From: Mobula hypostoma
Taxonomy: Eukaryota
DNA length: 64,000 bases
Reading direction: 5' to 3'
Assembly (NCBI RefSeq): GCF_963921235.1
Contig: NC_086097.1
Location: 252,900,001-252,964,000 of the forward strand
Shown here: positions 50,798 through 63,291 of the stretch, piece by piece
Numbering within the stretch: the first letter of the stretch is position 1
Layout: every line of letters begins with the position of its first letter
Position numbers and translations under genes: made by a program
The notes under the pieces: model-generated
What the model was told of the DNA's origin: nothing
The model's input: the letters and a program-made list of their open reading frames with translations, nothing else
The model's database searches: none

Positions 50798-52029
50798 TAA
50801 AGATCCTTATATTTTTTAGTGATTATAACACCTAAATATCTAAAAGAATCCGTGACTTTGAAAGGCATATTATCATATATAGAAACAGATTCATTTAAAG
50901 GAAACAATTCGCTTTTACTAAAATTTATTTTATATCCCGAAAAATCTCCAAATTCATTTAATTATTTTAGCAAGGCAGGAATAGATTCGTTGGGATTAGA
51001 TATATAAACCAGTAAATTATCAGTTTAAAGAGAAATCTTATGAATGGTCTTATTCACAAAAATCCCATGAATATTTTTAGCTTCACGAAGAGCAATAGCA
51101 AGGAGATCTAATATGAAATTAAGTAACAAAGGACTTAATGGACAGCCTTGTTTTGTCCCCCGTGAAAGCTGAAAAAAGGAGACCTACGGTTGTTAGTAAC
51201 AACAGTAGCAATAGGAACTTTATATATCATTCTAATCCAATTATTAAAATTAACACCAAAGCCAAATTTCTCTGAAACATTAAATAAATATTTCCATTTG
51301 ACTCGATCAAATGCTTTTTCAGCATCCAAAGAGATGACGCATTGTGGAGCTTTAAAAGAGGACAAATATATAATGTTAAATAGTCTCCAAACATTTGAAA
51401 AAGAATAATGACCCTTTATAAAGCCTTTGATCTTTAAAAATAATTTTACCCAAAATATTCTCTAACCGATTGGCCATTATCTTTGACAGAATCTTAGCAT
51501 CAACATTCAATAATGAAATAGGTCTATATGAGGCACAATCAGTGGAATCTTTATCCTTTTTAAGAAGTAAAGAAATAGAAGCCTCATAGAAAGTAGAGGG
51601 TAAATCACCTTCTACAAAAGAATCTTTAAACACTTCCAACATACATGGAGAAAGCAATTTTCCAAATTTTTAATAAAATTCTACAGGATAGCCATCAAGT
51701 CCAGGGGCCTTACCAGATTGCATTGAAAAAAAAGCTTTATGAATTTCGGCTTCAGTAATTTGGGCATCAACAGTTTTTTGATCCTTAACAGAAATTTTAG
51801 GAAAAGTAATCTTTCATAAGAAAGCATTCATTTCAGAAGAATCTACTGGACATTGAGATTTATAAAGTTCAGTATAAAAATCTTGAAAAATCTTATTAAT
51901 TTCTTCATATTCCCAAACCAGGGTACTATCTTTCCTACGAATTTTCAAAATTTGCCTTTTGGCTCTAGCCGTTTTTAATTGAAATGCGAGCAGTTTATTA
52001 TTTTTATCTCCAAACATATAAAATTGGCT

Positions 52030-52590
52030 CGGATGAAGATAGATGTGAGAGCATGGAGGAACATCTGTGAAACTTCTGAAATACCCGCTTCACTGCCGCT
52101 GCCACTGTGTGATCCAGAATCTCCGGAGGGGAATGCCCCGAGTCCTCGGCTTTGCTTGTTGTTCGGCGGCCGGGGTGGGGTTGAAGTGCTCGGCAGAGAT
52201 GGTGCTCGGTACTCAGTGTCGAAGGGCTGGTCGGAGGATCAAAGTTTTCGGACAGACTCAGAATCGGCTGCGGTCGGGTGCTTCCAATGCATCGGAAAGT
52301 TTGCGGCGCTTGGAATTCATGGCAGGGAGAGTTTCTCCCTTCTACCGTCTGCGTGAGATGATGGGGCTATCGGGACTTTGAGACTTTTTTTTACTGTGCC
52401 CATGGTCTGCTCTTTATCCAATTACGGTATTGCTTGTAACTATATGTTATAATTATGTGGTTTTGTCAGGTTTAGTCTTGGTTTGTCCTGTGTTTCTGTG
52501 ATATCGTTCTGGAGGAACATTGTATCGTTTTTAATGCATACATTACTAAATGACAATAAATGAGGACTGAGTGTCCTCATAATCTAATCT
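52030..52590 (+). mobile_element. Non-coding CpG-rich retroposon, 5'-truncated copy
   Basis: Homologous to 61950..62617; 3' hairpin plus (AATCT)n tail. Confidence 0.7.
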
Positions 52591-52998
52591 AAAAAAAAGT
52601 TTTAAGTTTTCCCAGAAATGAATTCATTTCATTACTATTCTTTTCCAGTTGGTCTTTGATTGACCCGTTCTGGTCTTTAATTGAATTCAGTGTCCGAACC
52701 ATATCTTCAGCCCATGGTGGCATTTCATCAGATCGTTCCTTTTGCATCTTTCCTTTCCCACTGCCTTTGTCACTAGGTTCAGACAAGTTCTTCCCACTCC
52801 TCATAGACATATTGTTCCCCCTCAAGAATCAGCAAATAAAAATTTTAAATTCGAAGCTTAAACTAGGGGGAGAGAAACAAAACTAAGAGCAGCACAAGAT
52901 TGCTGCTACTCCATTTGCAGACAGGCGCGGTCTCCCTTTCTTGTTAACCACAGTTGTGTTATTTTTCCTTTAGAACACATCTTCCTCTTTGAGATATA

Positions 52999-54341
52999 TT
53001 CAAAGATTCAAAGATTCAAAAAACTTTATTGTCATTCTAACCGTACATCAGCTCTGCAGGGCAGAATGAGACAGCGTTTCCCAGGAGCAGTGCAATCATA
53101 ACATAACAAATGCAACACTAAATAATAAACATAACAATAAATAGTAAAACACAACAGCCACATGTCAGTTAAAATCAAGTTATAAGTGTCCAGTGCAAGT
53201 TAAAAGTGTTTAAAGCAGAGTCAGGTAGAGCAGCTATTTAGCAGTCTGACTGCCTGTGGGAGGAAGCTGTTTAGTAGCCATGTGGTTTTAGTTTTGATGC
53301 TCCTGTAACGTTTGCCTGATGGCAGAAGAACAAACAGTTCATGGAGAGGGTGTGAGGGGTCTTTAATGATGTACCGTATCTTCTGGGGGCATCGACTCTG
53401 AAAGAGGTCTTGGACAGAAGGTAGGGAGACCCCAATAACCTTCTCTGCTCCCCTAACCACCCTCTGCAAGGCTTTTTTGTCGACAGCACTGCAGCTGGAG
53501 TACCAGGTTGTGATGCAAAAGATCAGCACACTCTCAACCACGCCTCTGTAGAATATAGTTAAGATGTTAGTGGGGAGTGATGCTTGTTTAAGCTTCCTCA
53601 GAAAGTGCAATCTCTGCTGGGCCCGTTTCACAATCCCAGTGGTGTTCCTGGACCAGGTGAGATTGTCCGAGATCTGCACCCCAAGGAACTTGATGTTTTC
53701 CACTCTCTCCACTGTGGAGCCGCTGATGCTGAGGGGTGTGTGCTCAGGCTGAGACCGTCTGAAACCGACAATCATCTCTTTGGTTTTGGTGACATTAAGC
53801 ATCAAGTTGTTATCCCTGCACCAGCTCTCTAGCTGTTTGACCTCCTCCCTGTACATTGTTTCATCATTTTTGCTGATGAGCCTCACCACTGTGGTATCGT
53901 TTGCAAATTTAATGATCAGGTTCTCCTTGAATCTGGCGGCACAGTCATGTGTTAGCAGTGTAAACAGCAATGGGCTAAGCACACAGCCTTGTGGGGATCC
54001 AGTGCTCAGTGTGATGGAGTCAGAGATGTTCCTGCCAACACGGACTGACTGTGGTCTCTCTGTCAAGAAATCCAGAATCCAGCGACACATGGCAGTGTTA
54101 AGGCCAAGCAGTGACAGATTCTCCACTAGTCTCTGCGGGATGATGGTATTGAACGCTGAACTGAAATCAATGTACAGGATTCTGGCATAAGTGTCTTTGT
54201 TGTCCAAGTGAGAGAGAACTGTGTGCAGTGTGGTGGATATTGGGTCCTCCGTAGAGTAATTTGGACGATAAGCAAACTGCAGAGGATCCAGTGATGAGGG
54301 GAGGCTGGCTGTGATATGAGGCTTGACAAGCCGTTCAAAAC
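52999..54341 (-). mobile_element. Rex1/Babar-type LINE, 5'-truncated, RT frame open (~370 codons)
   Basis: [63 protein letters not shown]; (TCTTTGAA)n tail. The catalytic motif reads FAND rather than FADD. Confidence 0.92.
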
Positions 54342-55424
54342 ATATATGTATATATCCTGTGCCCTCCGAATTGCATCCGGAAATTCCAGCCATTGCTGCT
54401 CTGCCATCATCCCTGCCAGTGTTCTTTTCCAACCAATTCTGGCCAGCTCCTCTCTCACGCCTCTGTAATTTCCTTTACTCTGCTGTAATACTGATACATT
54501 TGACTTTAGCTGCTCCTTCTCAAATTTTAGGGTGAATTTGATCATATTGTGATCACTTTTCCCTAAGGGTTCTTTTACCTTAAGCTCTCTAATCAATTCC
54601 GATTTATTGCACAACACCCATTCCAGAATAGCTGATCTACCAGTGGGCTCAACCATGAGCTGCTCTAAAAAGCCATCTTGTAGGTATTCTAGAAATTTCT
54701 CTTCTTGGAATCCAGCAACAACCTGATTTTCCAAATCTACCTGCATATTGAAATCCTCCATGACTATTGTACCATTGTCCTTTTGGCATTCATATTCTAC
54801 CTCCCATTGTAGTTTGTAGGCCACATCCTTACTACTGTTTGAGGGTCTATATACAACTCTCATCGTGGTCTGTTTACCCTTGCAGTTCATTAGCTCTATC
54901 CACAATGATTCAATACCTTCCAAGCATACATCACCTCCTTCTAATGATTTGATTTCATTTTTTTCCAACAGAGTAACACTGCCCCCTCTGCCTTCCTGCC
55001 TTGTCTTTTGACACAAAGCATATCCTTGGAAATTAAGCTCCCAGCTATAAACTTCTTTCAGCCATGATTCAATGATGCCTACAACATCACACCTGCCAAT
55101 CTGTAACTGTGCTGCAAGTTCATCTACCTTATTCCGTATACTGCGCACATTCAGACACAACACCTTCAGTCCTCTATTTACCCTTCTCGATTTTGTCCCC
55201 GCTTTACATTGTAACTCATCCTGTTGTCTGCAATTTTGCCCTATCATCAGCCTCTCCTCGCTACACTTGCCCATGCTTATCAGCGAAGGAATTCATCCAG
55301 TGTACGCTGCCATGTGCCTTTGGTTGACTGTAAACGAACAAAATCAGCGCAGACACCTAGAGCAGATAGTGGACTGCCTTCATTACCTTTGTGCATGAAG
55401 TAATGATGTAATTCGACAATAAAT

Positions 55425-57165
55425 TGATGGAACGGGTAAATTGATGGAAAGTATGCTTAGAGATGGTATAATATAACTATCTGGATAGACAGGGTCTGAT
55501 TAGGAACAGTCAACATGGATTTGTGCGTGGAAAGTCATGTTTCACAAATCTTATTGAATTTTTTGAAGAGGTTACCAGGAATGTTGACAAGGGTAAAGCG
55601 GTGGATGTTGCCTATATAGACTTCAGTAAGGCCTTTGACAAGGTTCCACATGGAAGGTTAGTTAGGAAGGTTCAATTGTTAGGTATTAATATTGAAGTAG
55701 TAAAATGGATTCAGCAGCGGTTGGATGGGAGATGCCAGAGAGTAGTGGTGGATAACTGTGTGTCAGATTGGAGGCCGGTGACTAGTGGTGTGCCTCGGGG
55801 ATCTGTACTGGGTCCAATGTTGTTTGTCATATATATTAATGATCTGGATGATGAGGTGGTAAATTGGATTAGTAAGTATGCAGATGATACTAAGATAGGT
55901 GGAGTTGTGGATAATGAAGTAGGTTTTCAAAGCTTGCAGAGAGATTTATGCCAGATGGAAGAGTGGGCTGAAAGATGGCAGATGGAGTTTAATGCTGATA
56001 AATGTGAGGTGCTACATTTTGGTAGAACTAATCAAAATAGGACATACATGGTAAATGGTAGGGCATTGAAGAATGCTGTAGAACAGAGGGATCTAGGAAT
56101 AATGGTGCATAGTTCCCTGAAGGTGGAATCTCATGTGAATAGGGTGGTGAAGGCACCAGTGTGCCACCACCCACTAGTGTGGGCACGTGGCCAAGTGGCT
56201 AAGGCATTGGACTAGCAATCTGGAGGTTGTGAGTTTGATCCCCAGCCGAGGCAGTGTGTTGTGTCCTTGAGCAAGGCACTTAACCACACATTGCTCTGCG
56301 ACAACACTGGTGCCAAGCTGTATGGGTCCTAATGCCCTTCCCATGGACAACATTGGTGTTGTGCAGAGGGGAGACTTGCAGCATGGGCAACTGCCAGTCT
56401 TCCATACAACCTTGCCCAGGCCTGCACCCTGGAGAGTGAAGACTTTCCAGGCACAAATCCATGGTCTCTCGAGACTAACGGATGCCCAAAAACAAAAAAG
56501 GGTGGTGAAGAAAGCTTTTGTTATGCTGGCCTTTATAAATCAGAGCACTGAGTATAGGAGTTGGAAGGTAATGTTGAAATTGTACAAGGCATTGGTAAGG
56601 CCAAATTTGGAGTATTGTGTACAGTTCTGGTCACCGAATTATAGGAAAGATTTCAACAAAATTGAGAGAGTACAGAGAAGATTTACTAGAATGTTACCTG
56701 GGTTTCATCTCCTAAATTACAGAGAAAGGTTCAACAAGTTAGGTCTTTATTCTTTAGAGTGTAGAAGGTTGAGGGGGGACTTGATAGAGGTGTTTAAAAT
56801 TATAAGGGGGATAGATAGAGTTGACGTGGACAGGCATTTTCCATTGAGAGTGGGGGAGATTCAAACAAGAGGACATGAGTTGAGAGTTAAAGGGCAAAAG
56901 TTTAGGGGTAACATGAGGGGGAACTTCTTTACTCAGAGAGTGGTAGCTGTGTGGAACGAGCTTCCAGCAGAAGTGGTTGAGACAGGTTCAATGTTGTCAT
57001 TTAAAGTTAAATTGGATAGATATATGGACAGGAAAGGAATGGAGGGTTATAGGCTGAGTGCAGGTCGGTGGGACCAGGTGAGAGTAAGAGTTCGGCACAG
57101 ACTAGAAGGGCCAAGATGGCCTGTTTCCGTGCTGTAATGGTTATATGGTTATATGTTATATGTAA
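55425..57165 (+). mobile_element. CR1 RT + 3' UTR, split by a SINE
   Basis: IDFSKAFDKVPH, GVPRGSVLGP, YADDTK, LYKALVRPNLEYC; (TTATATGG)n-type tail. Confidence 0.93.
56153..56498 (+). mobile_element. tRNA-derived SINE
   Basis: 12-bp TSD agggtggtgaag (56141..56152, 56499..56510); A-box tggccaagtgg. Confidence 0.9.
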
Positions 57166-58151
57166 ATTTCCTGGTGTTCTGTGTAGTCACTAGTTCAGGT
57201 TCAAACGTGTCATCCACTTTACTTTCCACGTCTCCATACTCCCTGCCTTGTTGTTTTGATGCAATGCTTTCAATGATTACATCCTTCAAATCTTTCTTTT
57301 CATTGTCGCATCCAAGATGATTGGCTAATTCTTATATAAACCTCGGGCTCTGTTGGCTGTGTAAGTCTAGGGACGACAATCTCTGGCCCCGCCAAACCTG
57401 TGAGATTGAGATGTAAGCTCACCTGAACCTCCCCGTTACCCCGTTACAAATCCTTACCGCGAAGTATCAGACAGTACACCGTACACAATTAAACAATTTA
57501 GCTTTATAATTCTTAGTTTGACTGAAGGGTAAGTAAAGGAAAAGGAAGAATAAAAAAGGGCCCATTTTAATGAAACTGTGTAATGTGCACAAGTTGAAGC
57601 TCACAGTTTCGCCTTTGCCGATCCTCCATTAATTTCCCTGGACTTCGTCGACTCCGGACCCGCTCCAAGCCCACTCCTATGACCTCTATTCTCTGGCGTC
57701 TTCTCTCTTCATGTACCACCAAACAAAAAAAAACAGCTCACTCTGGTGTCAGGAACACAGCACGAAAATACCCTCTTGTCATTGGACGGCTCACATTGCA
57801 AGGCACCCGTTATCTCTAACCATCACCCAAACACTGCTTCTACAGAAAGACCATTACATTAGCAGTGAAACCTTTCCCAGGGTGTTACACTCTCCCCCCA
57901 CCAAAGTTAGTCATGTCCTCATGACATTGAGGTAATTTGCCAACCCTTACTGCAAAGCACAAAGTCCAACCCAGCTGTAAATGACAGTGACACAGCTCAC
58001 CAAGGCAACAGGTGCCACATTCTGTTCCCCCAGTGCTACATAGGCCAGCCTATCCGGTGGTCTCCTGATTCTTTGAGACCTCCTTACCCCGTCATCTACT
58101 TCTTCAGGTTCGGACACTCCCTGGGATAATTCTGGTCTACCTGGCGAGGCC

Positions 58152-58625
58152 TCCCTCGGTCCATCACTCATGTCCTCCTGCAACTCGGACCCCTCTGTCC
58201 CGCAATCCATCATTTGTGCCCTCCTACAACTTGGACCCTTCCGTCCCTCTGACCCTCGGTCCATCACTCATGTCCTCCTGAAACTCGGACCCCTCTGACC
58301 CTCGGTCCATCACTCGTGCCCTCCTGCAACTCAGACCCCTCTGTCCCTCGGTCCATCACTCATGCCCTCCTGCAACTCAGACCCCTCTGACCCTCGGTCC
58401 ATCACTCGTGCCCTCCTGCAACTCAGACCCCTCTGTCCCTCGGTCCATCACTCATGCCCTCCTGCAACTCAGACCCCTCTGTTCCTCGGCCCATCACTCA
58501 TGTCCTCCTGCAACTCGGACCCCTCTGACCCATGGTCCATCACTCATGTCCTCCAGAAACTCGGACCCCTCTGTCCCTCGGTCCATCACTCGTGCCCTCC
58601 TACAATTTGGACCCCTCTGACCCAT
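58152..58625. repeat. 46-bp minisatellite (~10 copies) inside the Gypsy element
   Basis: Unit cggtccatcactc(a/g)tg(c/t)cctcctgcaactc(a/g)gacccctctg(a/t)ccct, e.g. at 58395, 58441 and 58487. Confidence 0.92.
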
Positions 58626-59317
58626 GCTTGAGCCCTGCTTCATCCTTTTCATGTCCTGCTGAAACCTCAGTCTGTCCACAGATAGTTTCCCGGATTTCAC
58701 CTGACTCAGCGTGAAAAGGGTTGGGAATCTCTTTTTCAATCAGTGGGGAGTTAGCAAAAGGCAGCATATTCCACACCCCCATTTCCTCATCCTCTGAATC
58801 AATATCCCATTCAGGGGTGGGGCCGGTCTAATCTCTCCTGCTGTTGGTCCTTCAGTCACCCCGTGTCACCGCAGAGTTCTCTTACGAGGTGTAGGCTCCA
58901 GGTCAGGCTCTGGGTCAACCCGCATCTCCTGTCCCAGGGGCAACAGGTGGTTTCAATGGAGAATCTGGACAGGCCCGTTCTCATCCTCTGGTTTCACCCA
59001 GAAAACTGGTACTTTTGGCATCTGACTCTCCATCACATCGGGTGTAGCTGCCCAACGGTCATCTTATGCTTCCCAGGTAGCCACAAATTCCTTATGAGGA
59101 CTCGGTCTCCTGGCATGAGTTGGGAGAACCTAACCTTTTGATCATACCGCCTCTTATTTCCTTGATTCTGTCTGGCAGCCGTGACCTCAGCTCGACCCCG
59201 GCAGCATCCATACCCACATATTGCAATCACTTTACCAGACAATAGTTTAGCACAGACTTAAACACACAACCAACTGTGTCAATGCTCAGGGCAATCACAC
59301 AGCAGCCAACAAAATCA

Positions 59318-59335
59318 ATCCCAGATGAGCTCCCA
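59318..59335 (-). promoter_or_regulatory. Primer-binding site, tRNA-Pro type
   Basis: TGGGAGCTCATCTGGGAT versus canonical TGGGGGCTCGTCCGGGAT (15/18). Confidence 0.75.
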
Positions 59336-60024
59336 CAATTGTAACCCTTGAGTTCTGTCGACTGCGTAAGTCTAGGGAAGAAAATCTCTGGCCCCGCCAA
59401 ACGTGTGAGATTGAGATGTAAGCTCAACTGAATCCCCCCGCTTGTGTGGATGCTGCGTGATTCGTTACCCTGTTACAAATCCGTACCGCGAAATAACAGA
59501 CAGTACACCCCATATAATTAAATGATTTAGTTTTATAATTCTTAATTTGACTATAGGTTTAGTAAAGAAAAAGGAAAAAAAAGAAAGGGGCCCATTTTAA
59601 TGAAACTGTTTAATGTGCACAAGTTGGAGCTCACGGTTTCCCCTTCACCAATCCTCCATCGATTTCCCCCAGGCTTTGTCGACTCCGGACCCACTCCAAG
59701 TCCATTCCTAAAACCTCTTGTCTCCAGTGTCGTCTCTCTTCATCTTCTGCTGAACCAAAAATACCCCAGATCACCCTAGTGTCAGGCACACGGCACGAAA
59801 ACACCCTCCCGTCATTGGACAGCTCACATTCCAAAACATTCGTTATCTCTAACCATAATCCAAACACCTCTTCCAGAGAAAGACCATTACATTAGCAGTG
59901 AAACCTTTCCCAGGACGTTACACTTAAATTTCTTTGTAGTTCCTAACTTGCTGAAATACTGAAATCATTTCATTTTCACTCCCGGCCATTTCTGCTATCT
60001 CCAAGCCGAAATGCTTGAATCCAT

Positions 60025-60740
60025 AGTGAGCAAAACTTGGTAGTGTGGAGGAGCAGAGGGATCTGGGGGTACATGTCCACAGATCCCTGAAAGTTGCCTC
60101 ACAGGTGGATAGGGTAGTTAAGAAAGCTTATGGGGTGTTAGCTTTCATAAGTCGAGGGATAGAGTTTAAGAGTTGCGATGTAATGATGCAGCTCTATAAA
60201 ACTCTGGTTAGGCCATACTTGAAGTACTGTGTCCAGTTCTGGTCGCCTCACTATTGGAAGGATGTGGAAGCATTGGAAAGGGTATAGAGGAGATTTACCA
60301 GGATGCTGCCTGGTTTAGAGAGTATGCATTATGATCAGAGATTAAGGGAGCTAGGGCTTTACTCTCTGGAGAGAAGGAGGATGAGAGGAGACATGATAGA
60401 GGTATATAAGATATTAAGACGAATAGATAGAGTGGATAGCCAGCGCCTCTTCCCCAGGGCACCACTGCTCAATACAAGAGGACATGGCTTTAAGGTAAGG
60501 GGTGGGAAGTTCAAGGGGGATATTAGAGGAAGGTTTTTTACTCAGAGAGTGGTTAGTGCGTGGAATGTACTGCCTGAGTCAGTGGTGGAGGCAGATACAC
60601 TAGTGAAATTTAAGAGACTACTAGACAGGTATATGGAGGAATTTAAGGTGGGGGGTTATATGGGAGGCAGGGTTTAAGGGTTGGCACAATATTGTGGGCC
60701 AAAGGGCCTGTACTGCACTGTACTATTCTATATGTTCCAT
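60025..60740 (+). mobile_element. CR1 3' part
   Basis: EEQRDLGVHV..LYKTLVRPYLKYC..TRGHGFK..FFTQRVVSAWN. Confidence 0.9.
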
Positions 60741-61949
60741 GTAAACCAGTTCTGAATTGTCATACTGCTTATTTCTTGCTAACAATCAGTGACAAAAATC
60801 ACACTCTGTAGAAGGTTAAACCCTGCAATTCAAAAGTCACTGTTTTTTGAATCAGTGTCTGTCGGCCCAAAGGGATACCATAATACAAGCATTTGCCACT
60901 GATGCCATTCGAAAACTATTTGCTCTAATCATGGTCTACCGTTTCATGGCCATACAAGTGCACACAACAGTTAGAAACTTCGGCAACAGTCTCCTGCTCC
61001 TCTTAATCCCGGTAGTGTCCCAAAGAAACAAAGGGAATCCCGGCTATTTTCACAATCGGTTTATTCTTTAAGAGTTGTCCCAAATAAGTGTGACCATTCG
61101 CCAGCGTACAACACTTATCAGTCAGCATCTTCCAGATAGCCCAGAAAAATGTCTATTTTACTTCTTCTCCACCTGTTTTTAATCTTGAATGTGTTTCTGA
61201 GACTGTCGGAGCCTGTGATTTATAGTTTGGAGAAAGACTGGGTGATCCAGTGCTGTCTTCGAGAAGATTCCGAGAAGCCAGTGCTTACTTGGACGGCCTC
61301 GCTGTGAACTAGACGGTGTTCAAATGCATTTTGCTTATTAGGGCGGCCATTAATCACCGATTAAAATGTCGAGGAAGATTGAAGCATTGAGACGAATGAA
61401 TAAGAGGAGCCTGCCTTTTGATCACTGCTGGAGAGGGAGTCAGTCAGTGGCCTATCGCTGTGTGGCTCGCTATGGCAGGTGGGTAGGCCTCGACCTTGTG
61501 TGGTGTCCCTCTCTCTTAGATGAATGCTGGTGATGTTGGAGGACATTACCCTGTTCTGTGTTTATGGATTGGACTGTTGCATTTAATGGCTGTGGTCTTT
61601 TATCAGATTTATGGTTGTGATATTCTATGTATTTTATCACTGGTTCCTTTTCTGTTTCGTTGTGCCAGGGGAGGGTTTCTGGGGGTTGATGTTCGGTTGT
61701 GTTTTGTTAGTTTGTTGTGCAGTTTGTTTTTGGGGGTTGATGCTGATGTTCTGTTTTGTGTGGGGGGAGGAAGTTTTTGGGGGGGTTGATGATCAGGATG
61801 CCGTTCTTTTTTGTGCATGAGGTGAGGTTGACGTTTCTCTCTGAATAACTTTCATGTTCTTTTCTTTGTTTCGTGTCTATCTGGAGAAGACAGATTTCAG
61901 AATTGCATATGGATACATGCTTTGATAATAAATAAGTGGAGGAGGGAGG

Positions 61950-62617
61950 AGAAGATGGCAACACAGCGTGCACAGCCTTTCCGGTGAATGATGTCGGTAT
62001 TTGTAAGTAGGGGCTGTGCACAATTCTGATTTGATGGAGACAGACGTGAGAAGCACGGAGGAACATCTGGAGTAACGTCTGGAATGCCTGGTTCACTGCC
62101 GCTGCTACTGTGCGATCGAGAATCTCCGGAGGCGAAGGCCCCAAATCCTCAGCTTTGCCTGTTACTGGCAGCCGGGGCTGGGGTCGAAGCGCTCGGCAGA
62201 GATGGTGCCCGGTGCTCGGTGTCGGAGGGCTGGTCGGAGGCTCAAAGTTTTTGGACGGACTCAGAATCCGACTGTGGTCGGGTGCTTCCAGGATGCTGCA
62301 TCGACAAGTTTGCGGCGCTGGAAGCTCATGGCAGGGAGAGTTTTCTTCCTTCTACCATCTGCATGAGATAATGGGACTTTCAAGAGACTTTGAGACTTTT
62401 TTTACCGTGCCCATGGTCTGTTCTTCAACAAATTACGATATTGCTTGCACTGTTGTAACTATTTGTTATAATTATGTGGTTTTTGTTAGTTTTTCAGTCT
62501 TGGTCTGTCTTGTGTTTCTGTGATATCACACTGGAGGAACATTGTATCATTTCTTAATGCAAGGGCATTAATAAATGACAATAAATGAGGACTGCGTGTC
62601 CTCATGATCTAATCTAA
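61950..62617 (+). mobile_element. Non-coding CpG-rich retroposon, apparently full length
   Basis: Starts gagaagatggc; ends aataa-atgaggac-tgcgt-gtcctcat-gatctaatctaa; second copy at 52030..52590. Confidence 0.7.
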
Positions 62618-62719
62618 CCACTGAAGTAAGATCTTATGGTCTTAAGAAGACAATTTGTGTAAATAAATAAATAAGCAAATAATACTGAGAACATGAGTTG
62701 TAGAGGATCAAACTTGGGA

Positions 62720-63160
62720 AACCAATTTACTGTGGAGAGCATTCTAATTGGCTGCATCACTATTTGGTACAGAGGGGTCACAGCACAGGATCAGAAAAAG
62801 CTGCAGAAAGTTGCAAACTCAGTCAGCTCCAGAATGGTCACTAGCCTCCCCAACGTTGGGGACATCTTCAAAAGGTGATGCCTCAAAAAGGAGGCATCCA
62901 TCATTAGGGTCCCCATCACCCAGGACCTGCCCTCTTCTCATTGCTACCATCAAGGAGGAGGTACAGGAGCCTGAAGACATACACTCAATGTTTCAGAAAC
63001 AGCTTCTTCCTCTCTGCCATCAGATTTCTGAATGGACAATGAACAAATGAACACTGTGTCATTATTTTTTCTCCTTTTGCTCTAGTTACAGTACTTAATC
63101 CACCTTATATACATTTTTTCTTACTATAATTCAATGTATATGCCAGTGATATTAAACCTG
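62720..63160 (+). mobile_element. Rex1/Babar-type LINE 3' part
   Basis: VESILIGCITIWY..QDQKKLQKV. Confidence 0.75.
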
Positions 63161-63291
63161 ATTCTGATTCTGATTCAGATTCATGTTCATATTTGGATTT
63201 GGATTCAGATTGATTTGGATTTGGATTTGGATTTGGATTCGTATTCTGATTCAGATTCGGATTTGGATTTGGGTATGGATTCAGATTCTGA
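63157..63291. repeat. Hexamer microsatellite (GATTCT/GATTCA/GATTTG)n
   Basis: Directly visible; continuous with the LINE tail. Confidence 0.9.

Larger units (their letters stand above)
47721..52936 (-). mobile_element. L1-clade LINE with both termini, internally deleted and interrupted
   Basis: GDKNNKLLA, YRPISLLNVDAKILSK, SLDAEKAFDRV, FIWNNKRPRI..GLALPNL..YYWA, CDRC..HMFWSC; A-rich tail; TSD tttcttgtt (47712..47720, 52937..52945). Confidence 0.9.
43700..55265 (-). mobile_element. Older CR1 ORF2 (endonuclease to 3' UTR) in four pieces: ~54342..55265, 52937..52998, 46573..47720, 43700..44316
   Basis: LKVLCLNVRSIRNK..YRPSNS..KSDHNM, KSPGPDGMHPRVLKE, FADDTK and LYKALVRPRLEYC are collinear once the inserts are removed. 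Confidence 0.85.
57335..59922 (-). mobile_element. Internally deleted Gypsy/Ty3-type LTR retrotransposon
   Basis: LTRs 57335..57889 and 59340..59922; TSD ctta; PBS 59318..59335; PPT next to 57890; integrase C-terminal remnant NKRRYDQK..PGDRVLIRNL..GKHK and RRSQRIRRPPDRL. Confidence 0.9.

Noticed and set aside
53221..55274. Two overlapping genes (403 aa and 382 aa) forming one element
   Set aside because: A CR1 endonuclease and a Rex1 RT meet at an insertion junction near 54342; each ORF reads through into foreign sequence.
56175..56250. tRNA gene
   Set aside because: SINE head with A/B boxes but no complete cloverleaf; same for the heads near 8800..8877 and 34430..34507.
56310..57137. 275-aa novel protein
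   Set aside because: SINE sequence read in frame into a CR1 C-terminus.
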